64,000 nt of DNA from Octopus sinensis (taxonomy: Eukaryota), in contig NC_042997.1 of assembly GCF_006345805.1 (NCBI RefSeq), positions 28,582,001 through 28,646,000 on the forward strand, written 5' to 3'. The notes beneath the pieces were generated by a model. It was not told the origin of the DNA. It was given only the letters and a program-made list of their open reading frames with translations, and ran no database searches. Shown here piece after piece: positions 28,310 to 42,279 of the stretch (its first letter is position 1; each line of letters starts with the position of its first letter). Made by a program: the position numbers and the translations under genes.

Positions 28310-28515
28310 CGGTCGAGGGATCGCGTGTTCGAATCTCAGTCTAGCATAAGTCAAAGGCGAATTTCTGCTGACTCTTTCGCCAAAACCTTTTCACACTCTT
28401 TCCTCCTGCATCTAGCAGCTCACTTGTGGCGGACCGGTGGAACCTATACGCCAATGAAACCGTGAAACCGGCTCTTATGAGCCCGGCATGAGTCGAAAAG
28501 GAACAAACAACAACA
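28310..28515 (+). mobile_element. SINE-like element (family D)
   Basis: B-box-like GTTCGAATC at about 28327, GC-rich body, (AAC)n tail. Confidence 0.45.
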
Positions 28516-28606
28516 ATTATAAATTTGCCGATTATAGTATTTCTTTTTATGTATGCTAATCACTGATATAATCATTTTAATGATTATACCTTCAATTTAT
28601 AAATAC

Positions 28607-28655
28607 ACACACATATATATGTATGTACAAATAACACACACACATATATATATAT

Positions 28656-28725
<70 letters not shown>

Positions 28726-28927
28726 TATATATATGTATGTATGTATGTATATATATATATATATATATATATAGATATATATATATATATATGTGTGTAT
28801 ATATATCGGCTAACAAGAAAACGGACGGGAAGAATATAAAGTCGACAGATATCAGCCATTCAAGTATGTCGGTATATTGGATGGACACTATCCCTTAGTT
28901 GGCTTCCTTACCTCTAACTTACATATT

Positions 28928-28993
<66 letters not shown>

Positions 28994-29018
28994 TATATAT
29001 ATATATATATATATATAT

Positions 29019-29060
<42 letters not shown>
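28607..29060. repeat. (TA)n microsatellite cluster
   Basis: Long TA runs at 28645-28806 and 28921-29060. Confidence 0.95.
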
Positions 29061-29063
<3 letters not shown>

Positions 29064-29072
29064 TGAATGTAG

Positions 29073-29298
29073 GATTATAAGTACAACTATCAAGTTAATA
29101 TTTGTCTATATGTTAAATTATAAATACAATTTCACATTCATCACGACACTTTAATTTTGCATGATACAAATTCATTATTCTTAGATAGGTTGTGCAATAG
29201 AATGGCGGTGCTACAACATGCCGATACGTCAGCATGGGCGTGGTCAACTGACTGAATCAAGTAGAAGAACAAAACAATACGTGTGTGTATAAACAAAT

Positions 29299-29336
<38 letters not shown>

Positions 29337-29510
29337 TGACCACGCCCGTGCTGACGTATCGGTATGTTGTAGCACCGCCATTCTATTGCACAACCAATTT
29401 AAGAATAATGAATTTGTATCATGCAAAATTAAAGTGTTGTGATGAATGTGAAATTGTATTTATAATTTAACATATAAACAAACATTAACTTGATAGTTGT
29501 ACTTATAATC
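29073..29510. repeat. Inverted repeat with ~174-bp arms around a (CA)n(TA)n spacer
   Basis: GATTATAAG...GGTCAA (29073-29247) is the reverse complement of TTGACC...CTTATAATC (29336-29510) with few mismatches. Confidence 0.9.
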
Positions 29511-30082
29511 ATACATACATGCATACATAGATACATACATACATAATACATACATGCATACATACATACATGCATGCATACATACATACATATCCACGTA
29601 AATGAAGAGAGAATCAGATACAGCGAACCAGACTTATATAAAGATCTTATTCGCAATAGGTTTTCCACCCTCCACGTCCCTACTTCTCGACCAATAACAT
29701 TTAAAGGAACACACACACGCACAAACACACACACTCGCACACACGCGCAAACACACACGCACAACACATACACACACACATTTTATTACTTCTAACTTGG
29801 TTATATTTTATAAAACAACTTAATAAAGACAACTTTCGAATTTAGTTATAATTATAAAATTACATCTCTCAACAGCTAAAAATCAAAATGGAAATTTTTT
29901 CCATTCTTATTTTTTCATATATTTTTCTTCATACTGTTGGAATTACTATATTGAAGTGGGGCAAAATTTATATCTGGGTCAAAATGAATACTTTCTGACT
30001 TCTTATTTTCTGTCATCCTGTACCATTGCATCATATTTGGTAGTGAAACTTGCTCTGTATAGGTTAAGTAGTTGGAATCAAA

Positions 30083-33000
30083 AATTGGCTCTCAACTGAG
30101 GTCTATACAAAATTTCTGAAGGTCCACAGCTGAAATGCAGTAAATGAGAAGTCCACAATAATTTTGCAGGAGGCAGGAAAAATTGTGCTTTAGGCCAGTA
30201 GTTTAAAATGTGGAACCTGTAAAATGGTGCAATGTGACTAAGAAACCTGTTTAAAAAACATTTTGAAATATGTTGCTAGAAATCCTGTCTTTAATTTATT
30301 TACTACTTTACTTTTCAAAGCAATAATAAAGAAAAAATAATGTAAAAAAGTAAAACATATATCTTTGAATCTTGTCATAAAATTCCTTTGGGAATTCCCT
30401 GGAAAGATGAAAGAAATAATACTAAGAAAACGCCGAGTCAACAAGAGCAGCAACAAAATTATAAGAATACATACATACACACACATTCTTGGCTTTGGTA
30501 TCAAAGAGCAGTTCAGTGTTACTCACAGTGTGTATATGTATGTATTTATGTGTATATATGTATGTACATGGGCAAAATCAAAAATAGAAACGAAGATAAC
30601 GAAAGGCAAATGGTTGGACTGAGTGTGAAAACAATACACACTCATCAATAAGTTGATTTCAACATATTTTTGCAAGACTGATCTCAGAGTTAGTCAGTCT
30701 TTTAGGATAAAGATAAGAACTTTTTCTCTTCCACTATAACAGTCCTAGGAAAAGAGATTTGCAATTATTTTAATCCGTTAATAATAGAAATAATAGTAAT
30801 AACAATGTAGCACAAAACGGCGGTGCATCAGCATGGCTGCAGCTCTGAGCTGAATCATCTAAAAAAAAATAATAATAGTATTGCATATGACTCCTTTTTG
30901 ATGTTTTGGAATTTTCAGGAAAGTTTTGAGAATTTGTGTTCTACACATGAGAAATTAAATGAGTGTGAAAAATATTGTGAGTGGTTTAAGGGCAACTTAG
31001 CTGTTATACTTAGTTCATAGCACGACCACCTCATACCTTCGTTTCTCTGTCACTAGCATGTATTAATATTTTTCAGTATTTCTCACCCAATAAACATATT
31101 TAGTGGAATGATGATGCACCCAAGGATGAAATTTGTATTTTAAAACCAGACTAAAAGAAAATACAACAAAGAGTAGAAATGAAAGTAGCAGGTGGTCGTG
31201 GCTTTTATCTATTGTAAATTTCAGAAAGCTTTTGTGAATTTGTGCTTTCTACTTCCTTTCAAAGTTATGTTTTAAAATAGAGACACTCAGAACTGCTTAA
31301 ATTCCCGCAATGGACCACTCTTGAACAATATCAATTATCATAGTGACAAAGAAAGGTGGAAAATATTAGATTTCTAAGCGATGTGCTAAACCAACGGCTA
31401 AATTGCCTTTATCACGCACAAAACTTTTATTTGCATATTTGAATTCTCATATGCAGAAGACATATTCGCATAACATTTCTGAAATTTCCAAAAGATAGAA
31501 AAGTAACGATGGGTTATATGGGGTGCTTAAATCAAAATTCTGCCCCTCCGAAATGCTGATATTAATCCATTGAATATCTGCCTTATGGCCACAGAACGAA
31601 GCAAAGCCAATGTGTCTCATATGTATGAATGTACTGTGAAATAATAGCATGAAGCCAGTACAGCTTAAAATCCATTCAGAGACCAAGCTCAAAGACAAGT
31701 AAAACAGTCCAGCACAATATTTTAGAAAACAGTGCAATGAATTTTAGTTATTTAGTAATCACTTGTGTAAAAATATTAATGGTTGACTGGCATCCTATGA
31801 AATTTCTAAAATGATAGCAAAAGTTGGGAAGCGCCATAATATTGGTGAAACTGTAATTTTTCCAGCGATATCTTTCATAATTACATCATTTAAGAAACAA
31901 AATGCTAGTGAAATTACTTGCAAGATTCCTTTAAGTAACTCATCGCTGTCATACTGCATCGATGAAATGGCTAAAGTGTAGAAAAAAAAACTAGTAGCCA
32001 AAATACAAGTACAGAAATTTCCTTTTCAACCTGCTGAATATACCCTGAGAGAGAGAATAAAGCTATTTTATTGACATGTGATCGCCATTTAGATGATAAT
32101 TAATTCAGAGAGAAAATACATTTTGCGAGACGTCTTAAAACAGACACTAAATGCAAAACAATTTACAAAAGCGTTGTAACTTATTTCGAGGAACATAATA
32201 TTCCCCTCAGAATTATAATAACTTGTGCTAATGACAGTGCTCCAACGATGATTGTCAGATACATAGGTTTTGTTACCTTTTTAACAAATGCTGTATTTTT
32301 TATACACTGTGTGATAACACCAGCTACACTTACTTGCAAAACAATTAAGTGCACATCTGGCACAATGCACTTAATACTGTAATATTATTTACAAGACCAA
32401 ATCTTTCATGACTTCCGTAATAAAACGAAGAGTTTGAACGCTTTGTAATTCACACAGAGATGAGATGATTATCAAAAGGTAATTGCCCATATCATTTGTT
32501 TTGCACTTTGGTACACTATTGTCTCTTTCCTGGCTAACAACAATCACAGCCAACAAATAGTTGTAGCTAAATGTGATATATTTTATTTATCATATATATA
32601 TTCGATAAAATTTATTTGATTAACAAACAGATTCTGTCCTCCAGAAGAGCTATCATTTCTTTTCTAGGGAAAGTCCCAGTCTAGAAAATAAATAGTATAT
32701 GCCGTGTATTATTACAATTTCCTAGTTTGGAATCAATTAACAGTAATCTGCATGATGATGGCCTTGTATACTGAACATCTGAAAATCTTGTATAACGGTA
32801 TAGAAGCTCAGTTGAACGACCTGTTGAAGTTAAATATACCACGTTGGGTGACATTTCTTTTTGAAGTTAATGTTGCTGATGCATATATATGTTTGCAGGA
32901 GAAACCTATTTAATTAAAGGGTAATTAAATATTTCAGGATTTGAAGATGGATAACATAATGTATGGAAAAGAAATGAGACTGCTACAAATTATCCACCAT

Positions 33001-33504
33001 GCTGGTGGGGCAACGCCGTCGTACTTTACTGCTTTTCCTTTATCTTACCTTGTTAAAAATAGTTTTAGCCATGACACTAAATTACTGTCAAAAGCTTGTA
33101 ATCGAATGGACATTGTACAAAAAGGTGATCTTCAATTATAATTGACAGCATTGGAGTAGAATATATATAAACTAGCAGAGCAGCACCATCTGTCAAGTGA
33201 GCACTAAATAAATTATCACTAAAGTGCTATCTGATTTTAAGAAATGTAGATTTTATATATGTATATTTATGTCCCATTCTACTTCTGAACATTCATTTTC
33301 CATACAACTTAGTTAAGAAATTGGTTATAGGTCTACAGTACACAAAATATTTATATATTTAAATTTTTATACATGTGCTAATAGTATTTAATTTTAAAAT
33401 ACAATATCATTTGTTAAAATATCGAATGGGTATAGTGGCGGTGGTGGTGGGCCCACATGAGTGAAATAGGAATCAAGTAAAAAAAAAAAGGTTGAGAACT
33501 CCTG
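30083..33504 (+). mobile_element. hAT (Charlie/Buster-type) transposon relic
   Basis: PMCLICMNVL*NNSMKPVQLKIH (about 31608-31680), ASYEISKMIAKVGKRHNIGE, PLSN, and C-terminal FPLSYLV...NRMDIVQKGDLQL (hAT dimerisation domain). Right TIR AAGGTTGAGAACTCCTG ends at 33504. The left TIR is degenerate. Confidence 0.85.
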
Positions 33505-34377
33505 GTTTATATAGCCGTTGTTGAAGTTGATAGTTTGAGACATAGATGGCAGTTTCTATTTTAAAGGAAAGTTTCCTCAAATTTGACCCGGTAGTAACTG
33601 AGGTAGTTAATAAAATATCTGGATAATTTTTGTCGAAGAAGCTATAGGGAAGAAGCTATAAAGAATATTTTACCTTGGGTTTCATGAATTGCACACGTAT
33701 TATACTTCCACTATCATCTTTAATTTGATCGAGCTATTTACGATTTTGTTACAATTTTGACTGTCTGAGGTCTAAGGATGGATGTTTATGTGAAAGCCTT
33801 TTTCACAAATTTAATTCTGAAGAAATAGAAGGGGATAATGTACCTTGTCTAGTCTTACCCATTTTGCCCCACGCCCAATTTGACTTTTCTATGCTACAAG
33901 CGAATAGAGATAATTTTCTGAAATAGAGTTCTGAATATGCTATAGGTTTTACTGCGTTTAGAGTTAATTACTTCACTGATATAATTTTGCAAGGTACTGG
34001 ACATTTGTAAAAAATATATTTCCTTCAAAGTCAAAAGTGCAGTACATATTACTCATTGTGTCCCATCTGCCTCTCTGGTAACTGAAAAGCAGACTTTTGG
34101 AAATAGCTGTTTGAATGTTCCTACATTTATCGGGTATCTCCAGTTTCTTTTCATTTTCACGCGTTGTGAAACAATGAAGGAAAACCGTTTAAAGCATTCA
34201 GTTTTTAAAATCCCTGTCTTTTGTGTGTTGGTATCTCCACCGACTCTCTCCCTCTCTCTCTCTCTTTCTCTCACTCTCTCTCTCACACACAAACGCACTG
34301 TTCATGTCTTTGGAACAGCAACGTCCACAAAAAGAATTTTTTTTTTTCGTAATTTTCTTTCATTTTATCTTATTCTA

Positions 34378-34412
<35 letters not shown>

Positions 34413-35197
34413 GTATAAACCAAAACCGAAAAGGAAGAATTCAGTTCTCAGTTATTGTGACTGACGCAGCATGGTAGCACCTTCATTGCTCGAAGTAAGA
34501 GTTAAAACCTCTCTTATTTACAAATATATGATAGCATTAGATATCTGTGCGTAGATGTGTGTATACGTATGTACAGAGGCTCATATACCCATTGATAAAC
34601 ATATAAAGAGAGCGAGCTTGAGAAGCAGACTGTCTGAGAGAGAGAGAGAGAACGAATGAAAGAGAGAAGGAAAGAGAGAGTGAGAGAGAGAGATAAATGG
34701 AAGAAGGCAGGAAGGAAGTATTTCTTTGTCTATTCCGTTTATTGACTCAAAATTCGACTTTCAATATTACTAATAAGATACATTTCTAAATATCTATGGG
34801 AAACTTCGAAGCTCCCCGGTAATATTTCCTATCCGTTCCAGATATAAGCAAAAATTTCGACAACGAAACTAAACTCGAATGCGTTCAGGAAACAGGCATA
34901 AGATGCATGTTTATGTTAAACCTTCAATGACACTTTTCTGACACATGACGGATAAAGGAAATGTAAGATTGATATCGAAGTTGTATCTTTAGAAATCGTT
35001 TGCTTTCTTTTCATGAAACCTAAGATATACTTAATCAACTATATCCATCATGTTCACAGCTTAATGGTAGCGCTGATATTACTGATGGAAATTATCTCAA
35101 CGGAACTTCCTTCGTACAAAATGCGCAAACAGTATCGCTTCCCATACATAAAATCGTGTGTTGAAAGTCTTTGATTACCTGAGATTATCTATACAGA

Positions 35198-35377
35198 AGT
35201 AGTAGTAGTAGTGGTAGCAGCAGCAACAGTAGTAGTAGTAGTAGAAGTAGAAATAGTAGACGTAGTATTATTATTATTATTAGTAGTATTATTATTATTA
35301 TTATTATTATTAGTAGTAGTAGTAGTAGTAGTAGTAGTAGCAGCAGCAGCAGTAGTAGTAGTAGCAGCAGTAGTAGT
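35198..35377. repeat. Compound trinucleotide microsatellite (TAG/TAT/CAG)n
   Basis: Seen directly. It explains the poly-Leu and poly-Val pseudo-ORFs. Confidence 0.95.
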
Positions 35378-35399
35378 GTGCCATGCATTATAAGAGCGC

Positions 35400-35570
35400 G
35401 TCGCTGCATCTGTTGGTGGTTATCTCTTATTTCTTGCAGCTGGGATTATGGGGTTTTGCACCAGCCTGGGCGTCAAACCTCCAAACCAACATACAACGGA
35501 AAAGGTAATGGACGAACTGAGGAACCCAAAATTCTTCTGGGACTTCGATTTCCAGACAAAGTATTAGTAT
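35400..35570 (+). mobile_element. Small R4/Dong-like REL-LINE fragment
   Basis: 'WDFDFQT' resembles the ILWDxxIxTD motif seen at 55019-55465. Adjacent to a trinucleotide tract. Confidence 0.35.
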
Positions 35571-35662
35571 AGTAACAATGTATAGTATAGCTTTCTTGTT
35601 ACTGATAAGAAATCCTCAAAGTGATGACAGAAAAGCGTGTTCAGAATGTTTTTCAACTTTTT

Positions 35663-36074
35663 GGCAGGAGTGGCTGTGTGGTAAGTAGCTTGTTTACCAA
35701 CCACATAGTTCCGGGTTCAGTCCCACTGCGTGGCACCTTGGGAAAGTGTCTTCTACTACCTCGGGCCGACCAAAGCCGTGTGAGTGGATTTGGTAGACGG
35801 TAACTGAAAGAAGCCCGTCGTATATATGTATATATATATATAAGCGTGTGTGTGTATGTGTGTCTGTGTTTGTCCCCCTAGCATTGCTTGACAACCGATG
35901 CTGGTGTGTTTATGTCCCCGTTACTTAGCGGTTCGGCAATAGAGACCGATAGAATAAGTACTGGGCTTACAAAAATAATAAGTCCCGAGGTCGAGTTGCT
36001 CGATTAAAGGCGGTGCTCCAGCATGGCCACAGTCAAATGACTGAAACAAGTAAAAGAGTAAAGAGTAAAGAGTA
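35663..36074 (+). mobile_element. Full-length tRNA-derived SINE (family A, resembles described octopus SINEs)
   Basis: A box TGGCTGTGTGG, B box GGTTCAGTCC, internal (TA)(TG) microsatellite, tail GGCGGTGCTCCAGCATGGCC...TGACTGAAACAAG(TAAAGAG)n. Confidence 0.9.
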
Positions 36075-36529
36075 TTGAGCACTGCATTTATTAGAGGCAG
36101 CACTTTTCCATGTACACAATCGAGGCATGCCCCAAATCTGGCGGTTTGGTTTTCCTTATGTTCATATTTTAAAATATTTCCTTATGTTCATATTTTCAAT
36201 GAGGTGTATTCATGTCCTTTGTATCGTTATGACTGAAATGTTGTACGGTTATGTCGTAAACGGTTGGGAAAAGGCTGAAAGAAATGAAGAAAAATAAATT
36301 CCATCTGGAAAGGAGTATGGATGACGAAATAGTTGTTATACCCATCTAATTTACTGCTAGTTGCTTTAAAATGCTGAAACCAATAAGATTGGATAGTTCC
36401 ACTATATACATGCATCACCTGATCGGAGAACGTCATTAGAAATAGGTCCACGGTCTGCATGGTTAACGCCTTCCTAGATCCGTGATGTTCTTTGGCTGAG
36501 CCATTTCGAAAGCACTCTTATTGCAAGGG

Positions 36530-37120
36530 ATCTTCTATGATGTGTATTTTGTCGTTATTATGTATACTAATGATATTACTAATATTTCGTATTCGAATTG
36601 TGAGTTAAAGTCACTCTTTATGCAACCTGACTTTTAGAATTCTCTCGATGCCTTTCGGGAAAATATTGGACGATAATAGGATCTACCACCGTAGGTCGTG
36701 ATATTTCTCAACTTTCTCTCTAAATTTGATACTGAGTGTACTACCATATAGTATGATCTTAAATTCTTTTGTTTGACAATATCTGGTCAGCCTGCTTCAG
36801 TATTAATATTCAACTCAATAGAGAAATATAAATTATTATAATATAAAATACTTATTCTTCACCGTGATCCTTCACATTGATTGACACTTTGAATCCCACT
36901 GCACGCAAACGGCGAAATATTAGTTTGCACTGTTTCTGTGCTAGTTTACTGTAATTTTTAAGGAGCTGGTTAATACATTCGTCCCCCTTTCCACACAATC
37001 TGCATTTCCTCTCTGCCTGAATTTGATCACACTTCATCTTCAGCAATTTCATTCTAAGAGCTCGATCATGATGGGTGAAGATCAATAAATGACCTTCACG
37101 TTTCACTTTTCTCCCTGCCA
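36530..37120 (-). mobile_element. Decayed R4/Dong-like REL-endonuclease LINE fragment
   Basis: RKCRLCGKGDECINQLL...SKLAQKQ resembles the CCHC knuckle upstream of REL domains. Weak downstream PD-region similarity. Confidence 0.6.
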
Positions 37121-38050
37121 CACACAGATGATCATGTAATTCATTCCTTTTCTCAGCTATTTCGTCTGCCGTGATTTTCTGTATTGAATTCTCTCAATGT
37201 ATTGCAAACAACTTGCACATGCAAGTGCTACCAGTTAAAAGTTCCGTATACCGGAAGCTAGCAAGTGTATGGGGTCATCAGGAGAGAATGCGCGCCGCTT
37301 CGGGGCCTACCTCTCGACGGCATCAATGCGCACCGGCCCCCCTCACTGCTATGAGGCCCCGCTTGCTAGATCAGCTGGTTATGAAGAACTCAATATACTT
37401 CTAGCCATCGCTCATCGTCACTTTTTAACCAAATCCAGTGGCTAGCCTTCTCCACTGTAGAAGTGGAGATATTCCTATCTGCAAATCGGGTTCTTCAGTG
37501 TGCAAGGAGCCTAGTTTTTCAAATGAAACATCCCTAGTCTTTAACATTTAAAATCCTCTACATGATGAACTATTTTGCAAATAGAATATTTCGATATTAC
37601 CTTTAGTGTAGTGGATGTAATTTATTGTGAGCAAGTTGCAAGTTCTTCGGGTCTCTGCTGTTATCCCTGCTGGTCTTAACTTTAGAAATGGGACAGAATG
37701 TATCATATCTGGCCTTGCCCACATAGTAATTTCCTTCGTGACATAATATGCAGTTTAGAAAAGATTTCAAATACGTTCTTAATTCTCTTAGATTAATGCA
37801 CCTGCTCTCTCGTTCTGTTTATTGTTCTTCACTTCTCCAATTGTCCTTGTCATTTAACTAATGTTAGATTACATCTTTCTATATCTCTACATTTTTATAT
37901 TACACACACGTTCGTGCATTCACACAACTGTATAACTTAGCTATTGCCGCAAGCCTAGGTGTTATAAACAACACAACATTAGTTTCTATGTAATAATATA
38001 TACACACATACCCTCATATGGACAGGCAGATAGACACATACACACACACA

Positions 38051-38150
<100 letters not shown>

Positions 38151-38940
38151 AGTATGTATGCACGTATATACAGCAGTGAATTACATAATATAAGTATTTA
38201 TACCAAATCTAGAATGTACATAATTGATCAATCGAAACAAATGCAGTATAACATCACAACATTCTCAAACAGGAACGGGTAGATATGCACTTCACTGCCG
38301 TATAGCTATGTACACAATACACTCAATATACATATAATATATATATATATATATAAGTACGGCTGATTGTGCTGATATTAGAGACATCAGGTAGATGGCA
38401 TTAAATCCCGTGAAACTGACAAAACTGAAAATAGTTGCACAAGCACTAAAGACATGATAGCAGCAAACTTATCCTATCAAGAAATTCTTATAATCTTCAA
38501 ATGATTTATATAATTTAAAATGTACACAAAGATATTTCGATTTATGAATGTCATAATGTCATCGGAAGTGGAGTGTGAATTTTCAGTTAATCAGAACTGA
38601 ATCGGTCTTCGTGTTTTAACAACTACCACATAACCAATTGAAGTATAATGTTGATTTCCTATAATACGACAAATTAGTAATTTTCTTTGGTATTGTCTCT
38701 GGCTGAATGATCAGCTTTGTGGAACCCTATTCAGAATTGAACCGAATTGAAATGGGATGCAGTAAAACAAAACTGTTTGCTTTGATTCTTTTCCTCAACA
38801 TTCAATTCACTGATATATGCAAATATCAAGATTCGATACATGTGTATGTATGTATTCATACAAAAAAAAAAACTCAAGCAGACACGCATATGAGCATACA
38901 CACACACCCATATACATATATGCATAAACACACACAAATA

Positions 38941-39076
<136 letters not shown>

Positions 39077-40179
39077 TCTATATTGTTAATAATAATTCTT
39101 TTTGTTATAATATATAACAATATAACTGAAATTGCTTCTCTTATTTTTATTGTATTGCTTTTCGGATATCAATAGATTACACCTTACTTTGCAAACATCT
39201 CAGCGAAACACTCTTTCAACATTAGTGCAAGAGAAAGAATACCAGGGAATATACTTTTTGGTAATAACCTCATTAAAATTTATAGATAGACGTATACCTT
39301 ATTAACATTTCCTGCTATTTCCTAAATTTCTTTAACTATCGTTACTTCTTTATATTAATGTAACTTTCTACATGCATATCTTCACGGAAGCATAAATTTG
39401 ATTGAATATTGAATATTTTATCTTCTGTTTTTATCCCCTCAAAATAGTTTGTAAGCTCATTTGATATTTATATATGTCAACAATAAATGCATAGCATGTG
39501 CATGAAGGAATTTAATATAAAGAAGTTGAAATGCATTCTCCAATTGGAATGTCATTCCCTTTATCTTCCGCGCTCCGCTGCATCAAATAAATGGGCCCGT
39601 GTCATTATGCAATTCAAGATTAATCTAAATAAGCTAAAGGAAAAAAGACTTATTTACAGTTATAGAAGATCAATTACTTTACAATTTTATGGCATTTCGA
39701 AAATCAAGAATTTAATTATATACTTTTATCATTTTCAGAAACATAGCTTTTGAGGTAGTCAATAGATTGTGATATTTAAAGCATCATATAAGAAGTAACT
39801 ATATATCATTGAAGTATAATCTATAAATAGGCGATCCATTTTAAAATAACAGCATCAACAAATAGAAACTGGGCTCTTTTATCATTATTGCACGTTAAAA
39901 GAAGCAACTGCAAACAATTCAATTAACTTAGCTGTCATTATTTAATCAAAAGTTACATAAAGGTTACAACATCTAAATCATTCCACCTATGAACTGCATA
40001 TATGCACACTCTGTGATAATCAAAATGACAATCTTGAAAGTTACAATCATTTCGATTTTTTTGGTAATAATAGACTTGTGTTGTGCTATGTTCATGATTC
40101 TAATGGTTTTATCATTATAGAATCACTGTCTTCAGCTAGTACAGACTGATTTCGTCTTCAGCGGAAGGCAGTAATATAT

Positions 40180-40388
40180 CTAATTTTAGCACAAGACTAG
40201 CAATTGTATGCGGCGGAGGAACTCGATCACAATGACCTTAATGCTTAAGTGATATTTTCTTTATCGATTCCGAATGATAAAAGGCGAGGTCGTCCTCAGC
40301 GGAATTTGATAGCAGAGAGTAAAGAATTGAAAGAAATATTGCTAAGAGTTTTGTCCAGCAGTTTAACGATCCTGTTTGCTAGCCGCCT
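40180..40388 (-). mobile_element. tRNA-derived SINE (family B), diverged
   Basis: Reverse complement GGCGGCTAGC...TCAAATTCCGCTGAGGACGACCTCGCCTTT matches 47270-47500. Confidence 0.65.
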
Positions 40389-41352
40389 GGGAAGACAATG
40401 ATACCAACACTAATATCGAAGCACTAGCGTACGGGTCACACAGCGTAGGGAAAGTTAAAGAATTTCAATCCATTCTTTCACGCTATATTGCCTAATTATA
40501 CCGGTCCGACTTTTCTTTCCATGTAGTTACAATTTATGAATAAAATGTATGAAACGGATTTTCCACAAGGACACCTGCGAAATTTGATGTTCTTCAAAAG
40601 AAGTCGATGTTTATAAATTTGGTTTTAAATTAATAATTTAACTTATATTATAAATGATGGGGAAAGGCTAAAATCTTAAGCAATATCACATATGAAGCAT
40701 TTTTCTGTTGCTAAGATGATGATATCTTGGGAAAGAGGGTGCTCTTTTAGATTTTGCGGAAATACTCTATAAAGCAAGTAAGAAGAAAACTCATGAAACA
40801 GCCAAACGTTCACTCAATTTGCTTACTACATCACCAATATTCAGACAATTGAGAGTCATCAATATTTAGTCTGCCCTTTAAATTCTGATTAAACATTTAA
40901 GTGTTACTACTTGCAGTTTTATTACTTGTAGTTTTATTGTCTTTTAAACAGTTTAATTTTCTTTTAAACAGATGGATTAGTTTAAACATAGCAAGGTTTA
41001 TAATATTAGTTTATTACAAGTACTTTTATTAGTTCCTATTTAATGAAATTTAAGTGTAGTTTAGTCACTAGCAATTAAATATTATGACTTGTGGTGGTGA
41101 TAAATTAATGAGTATGTCGTGTTTTATTATCAACTTTTTAATGATGAAATAATGTATTTCACTCATAAAAATATTAGATAAATTATTTTCAATCGTGTTT
41201 TGTTTTGATAAAAAAATTATAAGGCTTGAACTTTCATTGTGTTAGTATCTATGGAAGACCGGTGGGATTATTATTTATATGAAATATAAGATGGATCGCA
41301 ATTTAGTAAATAATTTAGTTATTGCAAGTTTACTATTAACACCGATACAATA

Positions 41353-41577
41353 TACTCTTTTACTCTTTCATTCTTTTACTTGTTTCAGTCATTTGACTGC
41401 GGCCATGCTGGAGCACCGCCTTTAGTCGAGCAAATCGACCCCGGGACTTATTCTTTGTAAGCCCAGTACTTATTCTATCAGTCTCTTTTGCCTAACCGCT
41501 AAGTGACGGGGACGTAAACACACCAGCATCGGTTGTCAATCAATGCTAGGGGGACAAACGCAGACACACAAACACTC

Positions 41578-41626
<49 letters not shown>

Positions 41627-41787
41627 TACGACAGGCTTCTTTCAGCTTCCGTCTACCAAATCCACTCACAAGTCATTGGTCGGCCCGGGGCTATAGCAGA
41701 AGACACTTGCCCAAGATGACAAGCATTGGGGCTGAACCCGGAACCATGTGGTTGGTTAGCAAGCTACTTACCACACAGCCACTCCTG
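41353..41787 (-). mobile_element. Full-length tRNA-derived SINE (family A)
   Basis: Reverse complement aligns end to end with 35663-36074. Confidence 0.9.
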
Positions 41788-42279
41788 TACCTTATTTGAC
41801 TTAGTGACTTATTTGTTGTAGTTCTATTAAAGTTAGTGTTTAATCCTGCCTATATATTGATTGATTGAAATAATGTGGTTATTAAGCTTTTACTATTATA
41901 TTACACTACGGAAGACGGTAGGGATTATAATTCTGTATGACTCAATAGAGTTGTCGCTGTTTAAGTCACGTATTTAGGAGTGGTTGTAATTAAATGATGG
42001 AATTATGTACGGTTGTACATAGGGTAAATCTGTTTCAAAGTTGTGGTCTCTTTGGTTTGTTTGTTCTGAAACAACACTTACTTTATTTCTGCTGACACCG
42101 CCGGATTGAATGGTACTGTGCAGGTTTCGAAACCTTAATGATATCCTTGGGGTAGCAGATGATGGAGATAAGTTGGATTGTTGCTATGACTGTTTTTGTA
42201 TATGTGGATTAGTATTATTGTATTGTTGGTATGGCTGTGAATAGTATGATAACAAATCCTTTTAATGTATATATATATA

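Noticed and set aside
35663-35740. tRNA-like A and B boxes
   Set aside because: These are SINE heads; there is no complete cloverleaf.
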